A stretch of DNA of 64,000 bases, from contig OZ271918.1 in NCBI GenBank assembly GCA_965602015.1, positions 2,592,001-2,656,000 of the forward strand, written 5' to 3'. The stretch comes from Salinispira sp. GTDB lineage: Bacteria; Spirochaetota; Spirochaetia; DSM-27196; Salinispiraceae. The position numbers were made by a program, and so were the translations under genes. Every line of letters starts with the position of its first letter. The first letter of the stretch is position 1. The notes beneath the pieces are model-generated. The model had not been told where the DNA came from. It searched no databases and saw nothing but the letters and a program-made list of their open reading frames with translations. Positions 9,857-19,567 of the stretch are shown in pieces.

Positions 9857-11031
9857 ATTTTTTCACCGGCGTAGTGGCATGCCGCAAAATGGCCGGGCTC
9901 CACTTCCCTGAACTCCGGGACCTCCAGTTTGCACTTGTCCCTGGCTATGGGACAACGGGTATGAAACTTACATCCGGTGGGAACGATGATGTTGGATGGA
10001 ATATCTCCCTTAAGCAGAACCCGCCGTTTTTTCCTCGACTTCTCCAGGTCGGTTTCGGGAACCGCTGACATCAGCGCCTGGGTATACGGATGAAGGGGTT
10101 TTTCGTACAGTTTGCGCTTGTCGGTGAATTCAACCATATCGCCCAGGTACATAACCCCGACCCGGTCGCTGATGTGCTTAACAACGGAAAGGTCGTGGGA
10201 GATAAACAGATAGGCCATTCCGAACTCTTTCTGAAGGGTTTTTAAAAGATTGATAATCTGTGATTGGATCGATACATCCAGCGCGGAAACCGCTTCGTCG
10301 CAGACGATAAATTTCGGCTTCAACGCCAGGGCTCGGGCAATGCCGATTCTCTGCCTCTGACCGCCGGAGAACTCGTGGGGGTAGCGGTAGATCATATAAT
10401 CGTCGAGTCCGCAGGTCCGCATAATTTCTTTTACGTAGGTTTCGAACTCCAGGTTCCTCTTTTCGTATATGCCGTGTTCCAGGAGGGCCTCTCCGATGAT
10501 CTGCCCCACGGTTTGACGGGGATTCAGCGAGGAATAGGGATCCTGAAAGATAATCTGCATCTGGGTTCGAAGGGGAATCATCTGGGACTCCGAGTACTCG
10601 GAAATATCATCGCCGTCAAAGATAATCCGGCCGTCGGTGGGATCGTAAAGCTTGAGGATGGTGCGCCCGTAGGTTGACTTTCCGCAGCCCGATTCACCCA
10701 CAAGACCCACGGTTTCGCCCTCGTAAATGGAGATGCTGATGCCGTCATTGGCTTTTACATAGAGCTTTTCTCCATGCACCATGCGCAATGCCTTGTACTC
10801 CACCAGGACGTGCTTGAGGTCTTCATCGGCGACTTTCCCGGCTTCGAAATCTTCATAGAGATCGGCAAAGACCTCCTTGGGACGCTTGTTCGAAGGGGCT
10901 TCGGGATTCTTTTCCCGGTAGATCTCGAGAGCCTTCTGCTGAAGCCTCTTCAGATTCTTCTTTTCATTTCTCCGTTTCCCCGTGGGGAAATATTGTTTCA
11001 GTCCTTTGGACTCTAACAGCACTTTAGGCAT
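9853..11031 (-). CDS. oppF: Oligopeptide ABC transporter ATP-binding protein
   Basis: GESGCGKST Walker A; YPHEFSGGQRQR; DEAVSALD; C-terminal oligo_HPY with GCKFHTRC..C..C. Confidence 0.95.
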   Translation of the reverse strand: MPKVLLESKGLKQYFPTGKRRNEKKNLKRLQQKALEIYREKNPEAPSNKRPKEVFADLYEDFEAGKVADEDLKHVLVEYKALRMVHGEKLYVKANDGISISIYEGETVGLVGESGCGKSTYGRTILKLYDPTDGRIIFDGDDISEYSESQMIPLRTQMQIIFQDPYSSLNPRQTVGQIIGEALLEHGIYEKRNLEFETYVKEIMRTCGLDDYMIYRYPHEFSGGQRQRIGIARALALKPKFIVCDEAVSALDVSIQSQIINLLKTLQKEFGMAYLFISHDLSVVKHISDRVGVMYLGDMVEFTDKRKLYEKPLHPYTQALMSAVPETDLEKSRKKRRVLLKGDIPSNIIVPTGCKFHTRCPIARDKCKLEVPEFREVEPGHFAACHYAGEKI

Positions 11032-12016
11032 TTCTCGCTCCAGCTTCCGGATAAAAACATCTCACCAAATGATTCTTCTCGACCTCGACCAGCTCGGGTT
11101 TTTTGTTCCGGCACTTGTCGGTGGCAAACTCGCAGCGGGTGGAGAACCGACAGCCCTTTGGGAGTTTGAGCGGATGAGGAACACTGCCCTCAATCTGGTC
11201 AAGATAATCGACCTCTTCATCGAGCAGCGGGATGGATTTGAGCAATCCGTCTTTATACGGATGAGAGTATTTTGTCTTCCTGTCGAATATGGTGTCAACA
11301 TCGGCTCTTTCGACGATTTCACCGGTATACATTACTGCTACATCGTCAGCCAGTTCGGCAATGGCTCCCAAATCGTGGGTAATAAACATGATGGCCGTGT
11401 TGTGCTTTTTTTTCAGATCATTCATGAGCTTGAAGATCTGAGCCTGAATGGTTACGTCGAGGGCCGTGGTGGGTTCGTCGGCGATGAGCAGCTTGGGCTC
11501 ACATGCCAGGGCCATGGCAATCATCACCCGCTGCCGCATCCCTCCGGAGAGCTGAAAGGGGTAATTGTACGCCACGCTTTCGGGGTTGGGTATCTTAACC
11601 TCCTGGAGCATGTCCACCGCGGCGTTCCAGGCCTCGGCTTTTGTCATTCCCTGGTGGAGCATGAGCGGTTCGCTCAGCTGTCTGCCGATCCGGTGAACGG
11701 GATTCAGCGAGGTCATGGGCTCCTGGAAGATCATGGAGATCTGATTTCCCCGGATGCTCCGGATTTCGTCATCCTCAAGACGCACCAAGTTCTTGCCGTT
11801 AAAGAGGATTTTGCCGTCAACAACACGACCGGGATAATCAAGGAGATTTAATATGCTAAAAGCGGTAACCGACTTTCCGGATCCCGACTCACCGACGATG
11901 CCGAGGGTTTTTCCTTCCTCGATAACAAAATCGACGCCCTGTACAGCCTTAATAGTTCCTTTGCTGGTAAAAAAATAGGTATGTAGGTTCTTAACTTCGA
12001 GAAGATTACCAGTCAC
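11024..12016 (-). CDS. oppD: Oligopeptide ABC transporter ATP-binding protein
   Basis: [34 protein letters not shown] motif. Confidence 0.95.
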   Translation of the reverse strand: MTGNLLEVKNLHTYFFTSKGTIKAVQGVDFVIEEGKTLGIVGESGSGKSVTAFSILNLLDYPGRVVDGKILFNGKNLVRLEDDEIRSIRGNQISMIFQEPMTSLNPVHRIGRQLSEPLMLHQGMTKAEAWNAAVDMLQEVKIPNPESVAYNYPFQLSGGMRQRVMIAMALACEPKLLIADEPTTALDVTIQAQIFKLMNDLKKKHNTAIMFITHDLGAIAELADDVAVMYTGEIVERADVDTIFDRKTKYSHPYKDGLLKSIPLLDEEVDYLDQIEGSVPHPLKLPKGCRFSTRCEFATDKCRNKKPELVEVEKNHLVRCFYPEAGARNA

Positions 12017-13042
12017 TTACGCGCCCCCTCTAACGGCAGCTTTTTCCATTTTTGCCGCCGCCTTCTCATCTCTTCTTCGCTGCCTGATTGCCTTCTTCTC
12101 CTTACGGCTGACATACACGGATTTCGGGTCGATGGCGTCCCGAAGTCCTTCGCCGATGAGATTGATGCTCATGATAAAAAGGAACAACATGCTTCCGGGA
12201 AAAACCCAAATCCACCAGAACTGGCGAAGGCTGGTACTGTTGGATGACGCCCTGGCGAGCAACGCGCCCCAGGTGGGAATCGGTTCGGTAACCGAGAGGT
12301 TGAGGAAGGACAGACCCGCTTCGCCGAGTATTGCCGCGGCGAAGGTAAGGGTGCCGGAAACCACCACCAGAGCCAGGACGTTGGGAATCAGATGCCGCAT
12401 GATCTGGTTGCGTTTTTTAATTCCCAGGGCCTTGGTGGCGATGATGAATTCCTGTTCCTTGAGCGACAGGATTTGCCCCCTGACAAGCCGGGCGAGCCCG
12501 GTCCAGCGGATGAAACCCAGAATGGCAATAATGACAAAAAGCCGCAGTTCCTCCGGGGCATCCCTGAACACCGCGGAAATGATAAAGGCCAGCGCGAGAA
12601 ACGGAAACGAATAAATAACCTCGGCGATTCTCATGATGACTTCGTCGATTTTGCCTCCGAAATACCCGGCAATGGCTCCCAGAGACACTCCGATGGTGAC
12701 GGACATAAACGTCGAGAGTATTCCAACCTGGAGGGATATCCATCCGCCCTGAAATACCCGAAAAATCGTGTTTCTGCCGAAACGGTCGGTTCCGAAGGGA
12801 TGCTGCAGGCTAGGAGGAAGATTCTTCAGCGAGGTGTCGGTATAGGCAAAGTCGTAATCGATTATGGAGGTGTAAATATGGGTGCCGACAATAAGCGCAA
12901 CGATAATTACAAACATCCAGAATCCGAACATTGACAGGCTGTTGCTCTTGAATTTTTCTATGATTTGTCTGGTCGGCGAAAGAATGACTTCATCGGACTT
13001 GCTGAATTCCTTCGCAGTTGATTCCTGAGTTGCTTTTGACAT
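12017..13042 (-). CDS. oppC: Oligopeptide ABC transporter permease
   Basis: HPFGTDRFGR; EFIIATKALG EAA-like loop; PTWG. Confidence 0.95.
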   Translation of the reverse strand: MSKATQESTAKEFSKSDEVILSPTRQIIEKFKSNSLSMFGFWMFVIIVALIVGTHIYTSIIDYDFAYTDTSLKNLPPSLQHPFGTDRFGRNTIFRVFQGGWISLQVGILSTFMSVTIGVSLGAIAGYFGGKIDEVIMRIAEVIYSFPFLALAFIISAVFRDAPEELRLFVIIAILGFIRWTGLARLVRGQILSLKEQEFIIATKALGIKKRNQIMRHLIPNVLALVVVSGTLTFAAAILGEAGLSFLNLSVTEPIPTWGALLARASSNSTSLRQFWWIWVFPGSMLFLFIMSINLIGEGLRDAIDPKSVYVSRKEKKAIRQRRRDEKAAAKMEKAAVRGGA

Positions 13043-14073
13043 TATTTTACTTTCCCCTCTCTGATTCTCGGGTCGACGATCATGTAGCCGATATCGATGA
13101 AAATATTGCCCAGCAGGGTCAGCAGACCGAAGAACAGGATTGCAGTCTGGAGAATTGCCCTGTCCTTGGCACCGTAGGCCACGTTGAGCAGGAATCCCAT
13201 TCCGTGGTAGGCAAAGATTTTTTCAACGATAATCGAACCGCCGAACAGAAGCGGAATATACAAGCCGATGAGGGTTACCACCGGGATTAAGGCATTTTGG
13301 AACGCGTGCCGGTAAATTACGATTTTCTCCGCCAGGCCCTTGGCCCGGGCGGTTCGGATATAATCGGCCTGCAGAACCTCTATCATGGCGGCCCGAATGT
13401 ATCTCACAAGTCCGGCCAGGGAAGTGAGAACCACAACGGTCACCGGCAGCACCAAATAATGCCAATCTGGCCGGACTCCCCGGGGGTCGGACATTCCGGA
13501 GAACGGCAGGAGTCTCAGCTGCACCACGAAAAGCAGAATCAGCAATAAGGCGATAAAAAACGACGGGAGTGAAATCCCCACAATCGATGTGACGGTCACG
13601 GTTTTATCGTAGAGTTTGTTTTTTTTGATGGCCGCGGTAATCCCCACCGGTATAGCTATGAAAAAGGCGATGATAAATCCGAATATGTTTACCCTGAATG
13701 AGCGGGCGATGTGCACACCGAGGAAGTCGTTGACAGGCCGGTTGTATCTGATTGAGTAACCAAACTCCCCTTCAAGGAGTGTGTCTCTCATCCAGATAAA
13801 ATACCGTTCGAACATCGAGCGGTCGTAGCCCAGAAATTGCCTCATGGTTTCAACATATTCATTCCGCTCTTCGATGGTCATCGCGGCGGTTACTTCAGGA
13901 TTTATCATCGTCATAACCGGGTCGCCGGGTATGGAATTTATCAGGATAAATATGATTATGGTAATAATGAATAGGGTCGGAATTAAGGTGAGGAAGCGCT
14001 TGCCAATATAGATTACATAGGGGAGCAACGTTTCGAGGACCGTTTTGGACCCTCTTATATCTTTAGTCTCCAT
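13042..14073 (-). CDS. oppB: Oligopeptide ABC transporter permease
   Basis: IPGDP; DYIRTARAKG; GSIIVEKIF. Confidence 0.95.
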   Translation of the reverse strand: METKDIRGSKTVLETLLPYVIYIGKRFLTLIPTLFIITIIIFILINSIPGDPVMTMINPEVTAAMTIEERNEYVETMRQFLGYDRSMFERYFIWMRDTLLEGEFGYSIRYNRPVNDFLGVHIARSFRVNIFGFIIAFFIAIPVGITAAIKKNKLYDKTVTVTSIVGISLPSFFIALLLILLFVVQLRLLPFSGMSDPRGVRPDWHYLVLPVTVVVLTSLAGLVRYIRAAMIEVLQADYIRTARAKGLAEKIVIYRHAFQNALIPVVTLIGLYIPLLFGGSIIVEKIFAYHGMGFLLNVAYGAKDRAILQTAILFFGLLTLLGNIFIDIGYMIVDPRIREGKVK

Positions 14074-14099
14074 TTATTGTCCTCATAGTCTAGAAAGTA

Positions 14100-14129
14100 A
14101 GACCACTGCCACTTTCATGGCAGTGGTCT
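14100..14129 (-). terminator. Intercistronic hairpin between oppA and oppB
   Basis: AGACCACTGCCA-CTTTCA-TGGCAGTGGTCT perfect 12-bp stem; typical SBP mRNA stabiliser or partial terminator. Confidence 0.65.
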
Positions 14130-14157
14130 CATCCCTATCTAATTGCTAGAGAAAGTG

Positions 14158-15933
14158 TTATTTCCAGTTCGCATCCAGAATTGCACGTGCCCATGGCCAC
14201 AGAGCGTTGGTATTGAAGTTTTCAATATCAGCGGTGTAGAGGTCGTGATAGTTGTTGGAGTAAACGGGAATGATGGGTACTTCCGCATTGAAGGTAGAAA
14301 CGTACTTCCTCCAGTTTTCGCGATACTCATCGGCGCCGGTGATGGGGTGAGCATTTTCGATGTCATCCATCAGTTGCAGCCACTCCGTCTCGGTGTAGGT
14401 ATTGCCGCCGGTGAACCGGGGGCCGTTGTTGGAAGGCTGTCCCCAGGGCATGATGGTGTCGGGGCCGTAGTCCGCTTTGGGGTTGGACTTGATGGTGTAA
14501 CCGATACCGCCGACGAATGCGTGGTACTGACGCTCTTCGGTGGTGTCGCCGATCCAGTGACCGTACATTACCGGCCAGTCGAGGGATACCAGGTTTACGT
14601 CGAAGGGAAGACGGGATACATAGTCGTCATTCCATACGAGGTTGTAGGTGTCCGCCCAGAACGCGGTAAAGGCGATGCGAATCTGGAGCGGTTCGCCCTG
14701 CCACAGGTAACCGCTGGTCGCATTTCCGGTGAAATCGGCGTACGGACCGTCGGTTCGTGCTACGGCGGCGTCGAGAAGCTCAACGGCCCGGGCGATGTTC
14801 GCCGCTTCATCGAATTCGCCATTGGCATCGACGATGTCGTAGTTGATAAGCGAAGCCTCGAAACGGCCGACCGCAGCGGTTCCCACAAGGTCCTGCTCAT
14901 CGTCATCGTACATCATCCACTGGTTCTTGGAGTAGGGACCCTGGGAAGCAAGGCCGAATTCTCCGAGGAACAGGTCGATTACCGCAGGGCGGTTAAAGGT
15001 GAATGCGAATGCCTGGCGGACTTCGGTGAGCTGGAAGGCTTCGAAGTCGGTATGGAGCACCATGGTACCCCCGCCATGGCGGTAGTAGTCATTGTAGGTG
15101 AGGAAATCCGCAGCTTTTGCAGCTTCAATTTTCTCCGCTTCTACGGTCCGAGCGAGCAAATCGACTTCGCCCTGAAGGAGCTGGTCGAGTTCGGTTTCGC
15201 TGGGGGTGTAGCGGACGATGACGTCGGTAATAGCGGGCTTCTGGCCGATGAAGTCATCGAAAGCAGTGAGAACGACATACTCGGGCTCGACGTACTCGAC
15301 TATCTGGTAGGGACCATAGCCGATGGCATCGCTGATGTTGGCCTTCACGTACTCTTGAACGGTCTGACCGGCAGCGGATGCGCCTGCGGTGATGGTGTCT
15401 TCCGGAAGGATATAAACTTCGTAGAATACCGATGCGTCAGTAGTGTAGATAACCTTATCGAGGGTGAAAGTGATGGTGTTGGCCGCTTCATCGATATCGA
15501 TATTCCTGACGTAGTCTGACATGTTCGAAGTACCGCCGGTAGCCTGGAGGGCTTCGTCGTCCATGTAGAAATCATAGGTGAATTTGATGTCGCTGACAGT
15601 CAGCTCTTCACCATTGTGGAAGGTAACTCCGTCGACAATTTCGAAGGTCCAAACGGAAAGATCGTCGCTGACGGTCTTGTTCGCCACCAGGGGTGAATCT
15701 ACGACTTCGCCGCGAATGTTATCTTCCATAAGACCGAAGGCAAATACCAGCTGCCTGATGCGGTAGTCATAGGTGGAGTTGCCCCAACCCTCATGGAATT
15801 CGCCAGTGATTTCCGCCGAGTTGGCGATAAACGGACGCTGCTCGACAGCTGCGGCTTCGGATTCACCGGCTGCCCATGCGCTGCTAACGACGAGCACTGC
15901 AATCAGCAGCATAAGTAAAGTCTTTTTCATCAT
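14158..15933 (-). CDS. oppA: Oligopeptide ABC transporter substrate-binding protein (family 5)
   Basis: Signal peptide; WTFEIVDGVTFHNGEELTVSDIKFTY family-5 motif; GYGPY; VRQAF. Confidence 0.92.
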   Translation of the reverse strand: MMKKTLLMLLIAVLVVSSAWAAGESEAAAVEQRPFIANSAEITGEFHEGWGNSTYDYRIRQLVFAFGLMEDNIRGEVVDSPLVANKTVSDDLSVWTFEIVDGVTFHNGEELTVSDIKFTYDFYMDDEALQATGGTSNMSDYVRNIDIDEAANTITFTLDKVIYTTDASVFYEVYILPEDTITAGASAAGQTVQEYVKANISDAIGYGPYQIVEYVEPEYVVLTAFDDFIGQKPAITDVIVRYTPSETELDQLLQGEVDLLARTVEAEKIEAAKAADFLTYNDYYRHGGGTMVLHTDFEAFQLTEVRQAFAFTFNRPAVIDLFLGEFGLASQGPYSKNQWMMYDDDEQDLVGTAAVGRFEASLINYDIVDANGEFDEAANIARAVELLDAAVARTDGPYADFTGNATSGYLWQGEPLQIRIAFTAFWADTYNLVWNDDYVSRLPFDVNLVSLDWPVMYGHWIGDTTEERQYHAFVGGIGYTIKSNPKADYGPDTIMPWGQPSNNGPRFTGGNTYTETEWLQLMDDIENAHPITGADEYRENWRKYVSTFNAEVPIIPVYSNNYHDLYTADIENFNTNALWPWARAILDANWK

Positions 15934-15977
15934 TATTCCTCCTTAGATGATGAGACTTAAGAAATAAGTTAGCAATC

Positions 15978-16006
15978 ATAATAGGACCGTTTATTTATAC
16001 TGTCAA
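15978..16006 (-). promoter_or_regulatory. Sigma70-like promoter for oppA
   Basis: Minus strand TTGACA (16006-16001), 17 bp, TATTAT (15983-15978). Confidence 0.65.
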
Positions 16007-16082
16007 CGTACCCGGTAGCGAGTATGGTGAGTCAGTGCAGTTGTTTCAGCAGGTTGACGGATGATGGCGGGAGGGGGCAATG

Positions 16083-16190
16083 TTATGTTGTAGCGTGATT
16101 TTTGATCCGCGTCCTTAGTTCACGTCGTAGGATTCGGCTATGAGGATGGATGGATTCGGCGGGCACTAGCCCATCGGTTTTTGATGACAT
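16083..16190 (-). CDS. Possible 35-aa small ORF
   Basis: GAGGAG RBS then MSSKTDGLVPAESIHPHSRILRRELRTRIKNHATT*; no homology recognised. Confidence 0.25.
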   Translation of the reverse strand: MSSKTDGLVPAESIHPHSRILRRELRTRIKNHATT

Positions 16191-16397
16191 GTCCACTCCT
16201 CGGCGGATAACCGTTTATGTATAACTACTGATCGACAGGAGCCGTGGGTGCTGATACATCAATCAGAATGCCGCTGGGATCCTGGATAAGCATCCGACGC
16301 TGTCCATATGGCAAATCCCTCGGTGCTTCGATAATGGAAATGCCGAGCTTCAAGTATTAAGGATAATATGGATTCACATCACCACATAGGATACTTA

Positions 16398-17216
16398 TTA
16401 TCTCTCCATCTCCATCGGTCTTTTTTCTCCAGCCCATTCGGACATTGATCCGTCGTAGACGGCGACATTATCATAGCCGTTGATGAGCAGGGCGATGGCG
16501 TTGACGGTGGCGGCGATGCCCCCTCCGCAGTAGGTGATTACCCGCTCTTTCTTTGTAAAAGGTGTCATTTTTTCGGTGAGTTTCTCCGCCGGAGACAAGT
16601 AGCCGTTTTCTATGAGATCGTCGGCGGGAACCGTGCTCGAACCGGGAATTATCCCCTCCCCGGGGGTCACCCAGGACAGGGTGTACTGCAATTCGGTATT
16701 GGCATCGCCTACGGCAGCGTCGACCTGCTGCAGATTGGCAAACATGCCGGGCCTGATTTTCGCTGTAAACGAGCCTGGTTTATACCGGCGTTCGCCGGAT
16801 TCCAGCCTTCCCCCGGCCCTCTTCCAGGCATCAAGCCCACCGTCGAGAATCCTCACGTTGTCATGGCCCGCATAGGTAAGCACCCACCAGGCCCTGGCGG
16901 CGACCTCAAAGCGGCCGGCGGAATACACCACCACTTCATCACTATTGGAAATTCCCGCGTTCCCAACCTGATCCGCCAGGGGATTTTCAGGCAGAACCAT
17001 GTACGGGTAGGGATTGTCGGCGTCGGAAAACTCCCGGTGGTCGAAAAACGCGGCCCCGGGGATATGAGCCTGAAGATATCCCTCAAATGCCCCGGGCTTA
17101 CCCGCATCATCATCATCGATGACAAATACGATACTCGCATCAAATATTTTGAGATTCGGCTCATCGATGCGGCGTACTAGTTCATCCGCAGATATCAGAA
17201 TGTCTTCTCTTTTCAT
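16398..17216 (-). CDS. Tandem-domain rhodanese / 3-mercaptopyruvate sulfurtransferase
   Basis: HIPGAAF; AARAWW; LDGG; YCGGG active-site loop; YDGSMSEW. Confidence 0.92.
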   Translation of the reverse strand: MKREDILISADELVRRIDEPNLKIFDASIVFVIDDDDAGKPGAFEGYLQAHIPGAAFFDHREFSDADNPYPYMVLPENPLADQVGNAGISNSDEVVVYSAGRFEVAARAWWVLTYAGHDNVRILDGGLDAWKRAGGRLESGERRYKPGSFTAKIRPGMFANLQQVDAAVGDANTELQYTLSWVTPGEGIIPGSSTVPADDLIENGYLSPAEKLTEKMTPFTKKERVITYCGGGIAATVNAIALLINGYDNVAVYDGSMSEWAGEKRPMEMER

Positions 17217-17384
17217 ACGCCCTCAAATTCTCCTCATGGATTCCTCTAATACAAGGCGCTACCTGCACAGCGCACCGGACTTGGTAAACCATTAAATCTT
17301 TGTCGTGCCACTGCAAAATAGACCTGACGCTCTATACCTGTGATGCGCTGTCCAGGCTCCGGAATGCCGACCCAACCGTAATCA

Positions 17385-18005
17385 TTATACGTCCCAGTTC
17401 AGAGGGAAGTACATTACAGCCCGTTCCTCGATTCTGACAAAGGGTAATTCGTTTCCATCTTCATTAAGATCGAAAAGTTCGACTATCTCGAACAGCCGCC
17501 CTTCATCATAATCATACTCCTGAGTTATGCGAAAGCGGTTATACGGCGCAAGCCGGTGAACCCCCTCAGCATCGAGTTCCAGCACGGCCCTGGTGAAGTC
17601 CTTTGAAGAGATACCCTCCCCTGCGCCGTAACTGGAGCGCAAAGTGATCCCATAGTTGTCCCCGGTGGATCCCAAATCATACTCGATAAAAAAGAAATGT
17701 TGCTGATCCGCTGGTCCGGCGCTCCCATCGTACTCTTCGTGGGTCCGGTTTTGAATCTTCAACGATTCCCAGTGGGTTTCATACCTGAACTGTCTCACCA
17801 GGAAGTCATAATCCTGGGAGGGGGTTCGAACCCACTCCCCGCCTTTGTATCTAAAAGTTACCCCGGTTCCAACCCAGACGATCCGCTCATTGGCGCCATC
17901 TTGAGTACCCTCGCTGAGAATACTTCCCTCAATAGTACCGGCGCAGGATGCCAATGCACCGAGGGCGGCTAACAGCAACGCGATTCTGATCGTTACACTC
18001 TTCAT
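17385..18005 (-). CDS. Uncharacterised beta-rich lipoprotein
   Basis: Lipobox ALASC; aromatic, beta-strand-rich mature region; divergent from a TetR gene. Confidence 0.75.
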   Translation of the reverse strand: MKSVTIRIALLLAALGALASCAGTIEGSILSEGTQDGANERIVWVGTGVTFRYKGGEWVRTPSQDYDFLVRQFRYETHWESLKIQNRTHEEYDGSAGPADQQHFFFIEYDLGSTGDNYGITLRSSYGAGEGISSKDFTRAVLELDAEGVHRLAPYNRFRITQEYDYDEGRLFEIVELFDLNEDGNELPFVRIEERAVMYFPLNWDV

Positions 18006-18018
18006 ATCTTACTCCCTT

Positions 18019-18071
18019 GTAAGCAATGCTTACGTTGACACTATAGTAAGCATTGCTTACACTGTAGTCAA
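18019..18071. promoter_or_regulatory. Twin TetR operators and overlapping divergent promoters
   Basis: GTAAGCA-N-TGCTTAC at 18019-18033 and 18046-18060; plus strand TTGACA-17-TACACT (18035-18063); minus strand TTGACT-17-TACTAT (18071-18043). Confidence 0.85.
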
Positions 18072-18080
18072 GAGGTTTGA

Positions 18081-18632
18081 ATGAAAAAACCATCGGTCAG
18101 ACAGGCACTGCTCAATGCAGGCTTGGAGATCCTTGAAAACGGACGACGCATAGAGGAATTAAGTCTGCGAAGCATAGCAGAAAGCATAGGAGTCTCTTCC
18201 GGCGCTCCCTACCGGCACTTTAAAGACAATCGGCATTACATCGCCGGGCTCGGGGTAGAAGGATTTAGCGCCCTGATTAATGAGATGGACACAGCAGACT
18301 CTCTGGAAGATCTGGGAAAGTGTTACATCGACTTTGCCTGGCGAAATCCGCTTTTATATGAAGTGATGTTCTATTTTCCCGCTTGCGAACTTTCCCAGTT
18401 TCCCGAACTGGCAACTCTGGCTGAAAGGGCATACGAGCTTTTGAAAGATGCAGTGGAGAAGCACACCGGTATTCGGGGAATAAGACTGTCAGTCGCAAGG
18501 GCGAGCCAGGCGGCATGGGCCTATGTCCACGGATTGGCCGGACTAGGGGCAAACGGCCTACTGGACTTCCGGCCTGAAGACAAACAGGAAATTCTCGATG
18601 AATTAAGCACAGCCCTTACCCGGGGGTTGTAG
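18081..18632 (+). CDS. TetR/AcrR-family regulator (WHG-type C-terminus)
   Basis: LSLRSIAESIGVSSGAPYRHF HTH; AWAYVHGLA. Confidence 0.92.
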   Translation: MKKPSVRQALLNAGLEILENGRRIEELSLRSIAESIGVSSGAPYRHFKDNRHYIAGLGVEGFSALINEMDTADSLEDLGKCYIDFAWRNPLLYEVMFYFPACELSQFPELATLAERAYELLKDAVEKHTGIRGIRLSVARASQAAWAYVHGLAGLGANGLLDFRPEDKQEILDELSTALTRGL

Positions 18633-18773
18633 CAGAGCCGGAGTTATGACCATCGATTACATGTTTTATACTCTGCAATATTATAATACCCAAGGCAACA
18701 TCGCCGGTGCGCCGGCCTGCGTGCCTCCAGATGATAACCATTGTCACGGTTGGAACACTCCATGCAAAGGAAA

Positions 18774-19373
18774 TCACCCGTCAATAGCAATAAAAATACT
18801 TGAGAGTAAAAAATCAATGGTGTTCTTCGCGGTGCTCACCGAAACCTGTTGATCCCCGGCTTCAACCGATCCGGCCCGCAGACTGATCTGATTCAATGCC
18901 CCCGAAAGCGCCTGAGCTAAGGTCTCTACGCTTATCTTCTGCGAATGAGGAATTAGTTCCTTCAGGCCTTCTTCCAGCGCTGAAGTGGTACCTCGATAGT
19001 CGAGTTTTTGCCACTCATCGACGCCAAGCACTGCCGGGGCATCTATCATGACGATCTGGCGATATTCCGGGTTCTGGGTCCCTTCAATAAAAACATGACA
19101 CCCCTTCCTCAGACCATCCCGGGGATCCTGACTGTATTTTGCGGTTTCCATAATTTTTTGACCGAGTTCGTCGACAATCTGCTCAAGGACTGCCCGGAAC
19201 AGGCCCTGCTTCCCGTTAAAATGATGGTAGAGAGCGCCGCGGGTAACTCCCGCCTCAGAGGAGAGCTCCTCCAGTGCTACCGAATCGAATGACTTTTCGG
19301 CAAACAGCTGTCGGGCTGCCTGGATGAGGGATCGTTTTGTCTGTTCTGCGTCTTCTGCTGTTCTGCGTGCGAT
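18774..19373 (-). CDS. AcrR-like TetR regulator with ATC at the expected start codon (possible start-loss pseudogene)
   Basis: Frame open from ATC at 19373 (ARRTAEDAEQTKRSLIQAARQLF...GVTRGALYHHF); in-frame TGA five codons upstream; no ATG/GTG/TTG before the HTH. Confidence 0.8.
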   Translation of the reverse strand: MARRTAEDAEQTKRSLIQAARQLFAEKSFDSVALEELSSEAGVTRGALYHHFNGKQGLFRAVLEQIVDELGQKIMETAKYSQDPRDGLRKGCHVFIEGTQNPEYRQIVMIDAPAVLGVDEWQKLDYRGTTSALEEGLKELIPHSQKISVETLAQALSGALNQISLRAGSVEAGDQQVSVSTAKNTIDFLLSSIFIAIDG

Positions 19374-19494
19374 GCCGAGACTATATCATGCCCGGGAGTG
19401 CTGGGACAATTAAGGCACAACACGGCCTTAGATAAATTGCATATTCATGAGGGCCGGATTCGCTCGTAAACACTGGATAAAATCCAATAAGGCG

Positions 19495-19541
19495 TTGACG
19501 AAATCACAAGAAATACTTATTTTACATACATACTGTATGTA
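19495..19541 (+). promoter_or_regulatory. Promoter and AcrR-type operator upstream of the VOC gene
   Basis: TTGACG-17-TATTTT; palindrome TACATACA-TAC-TGTATGTA (19523-19541), with half-sites like the E. coli AcrR operator. Confidence 0.75.
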
Positions 19542-19567
19542 TATTACAATAAATGCAGGAGGCACAT

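Noticed and set aside
14143..15519. 458-aa plus-strand ORF
   Set aside because: Antisense shadow of oppA with no motifs; expected from codon bias
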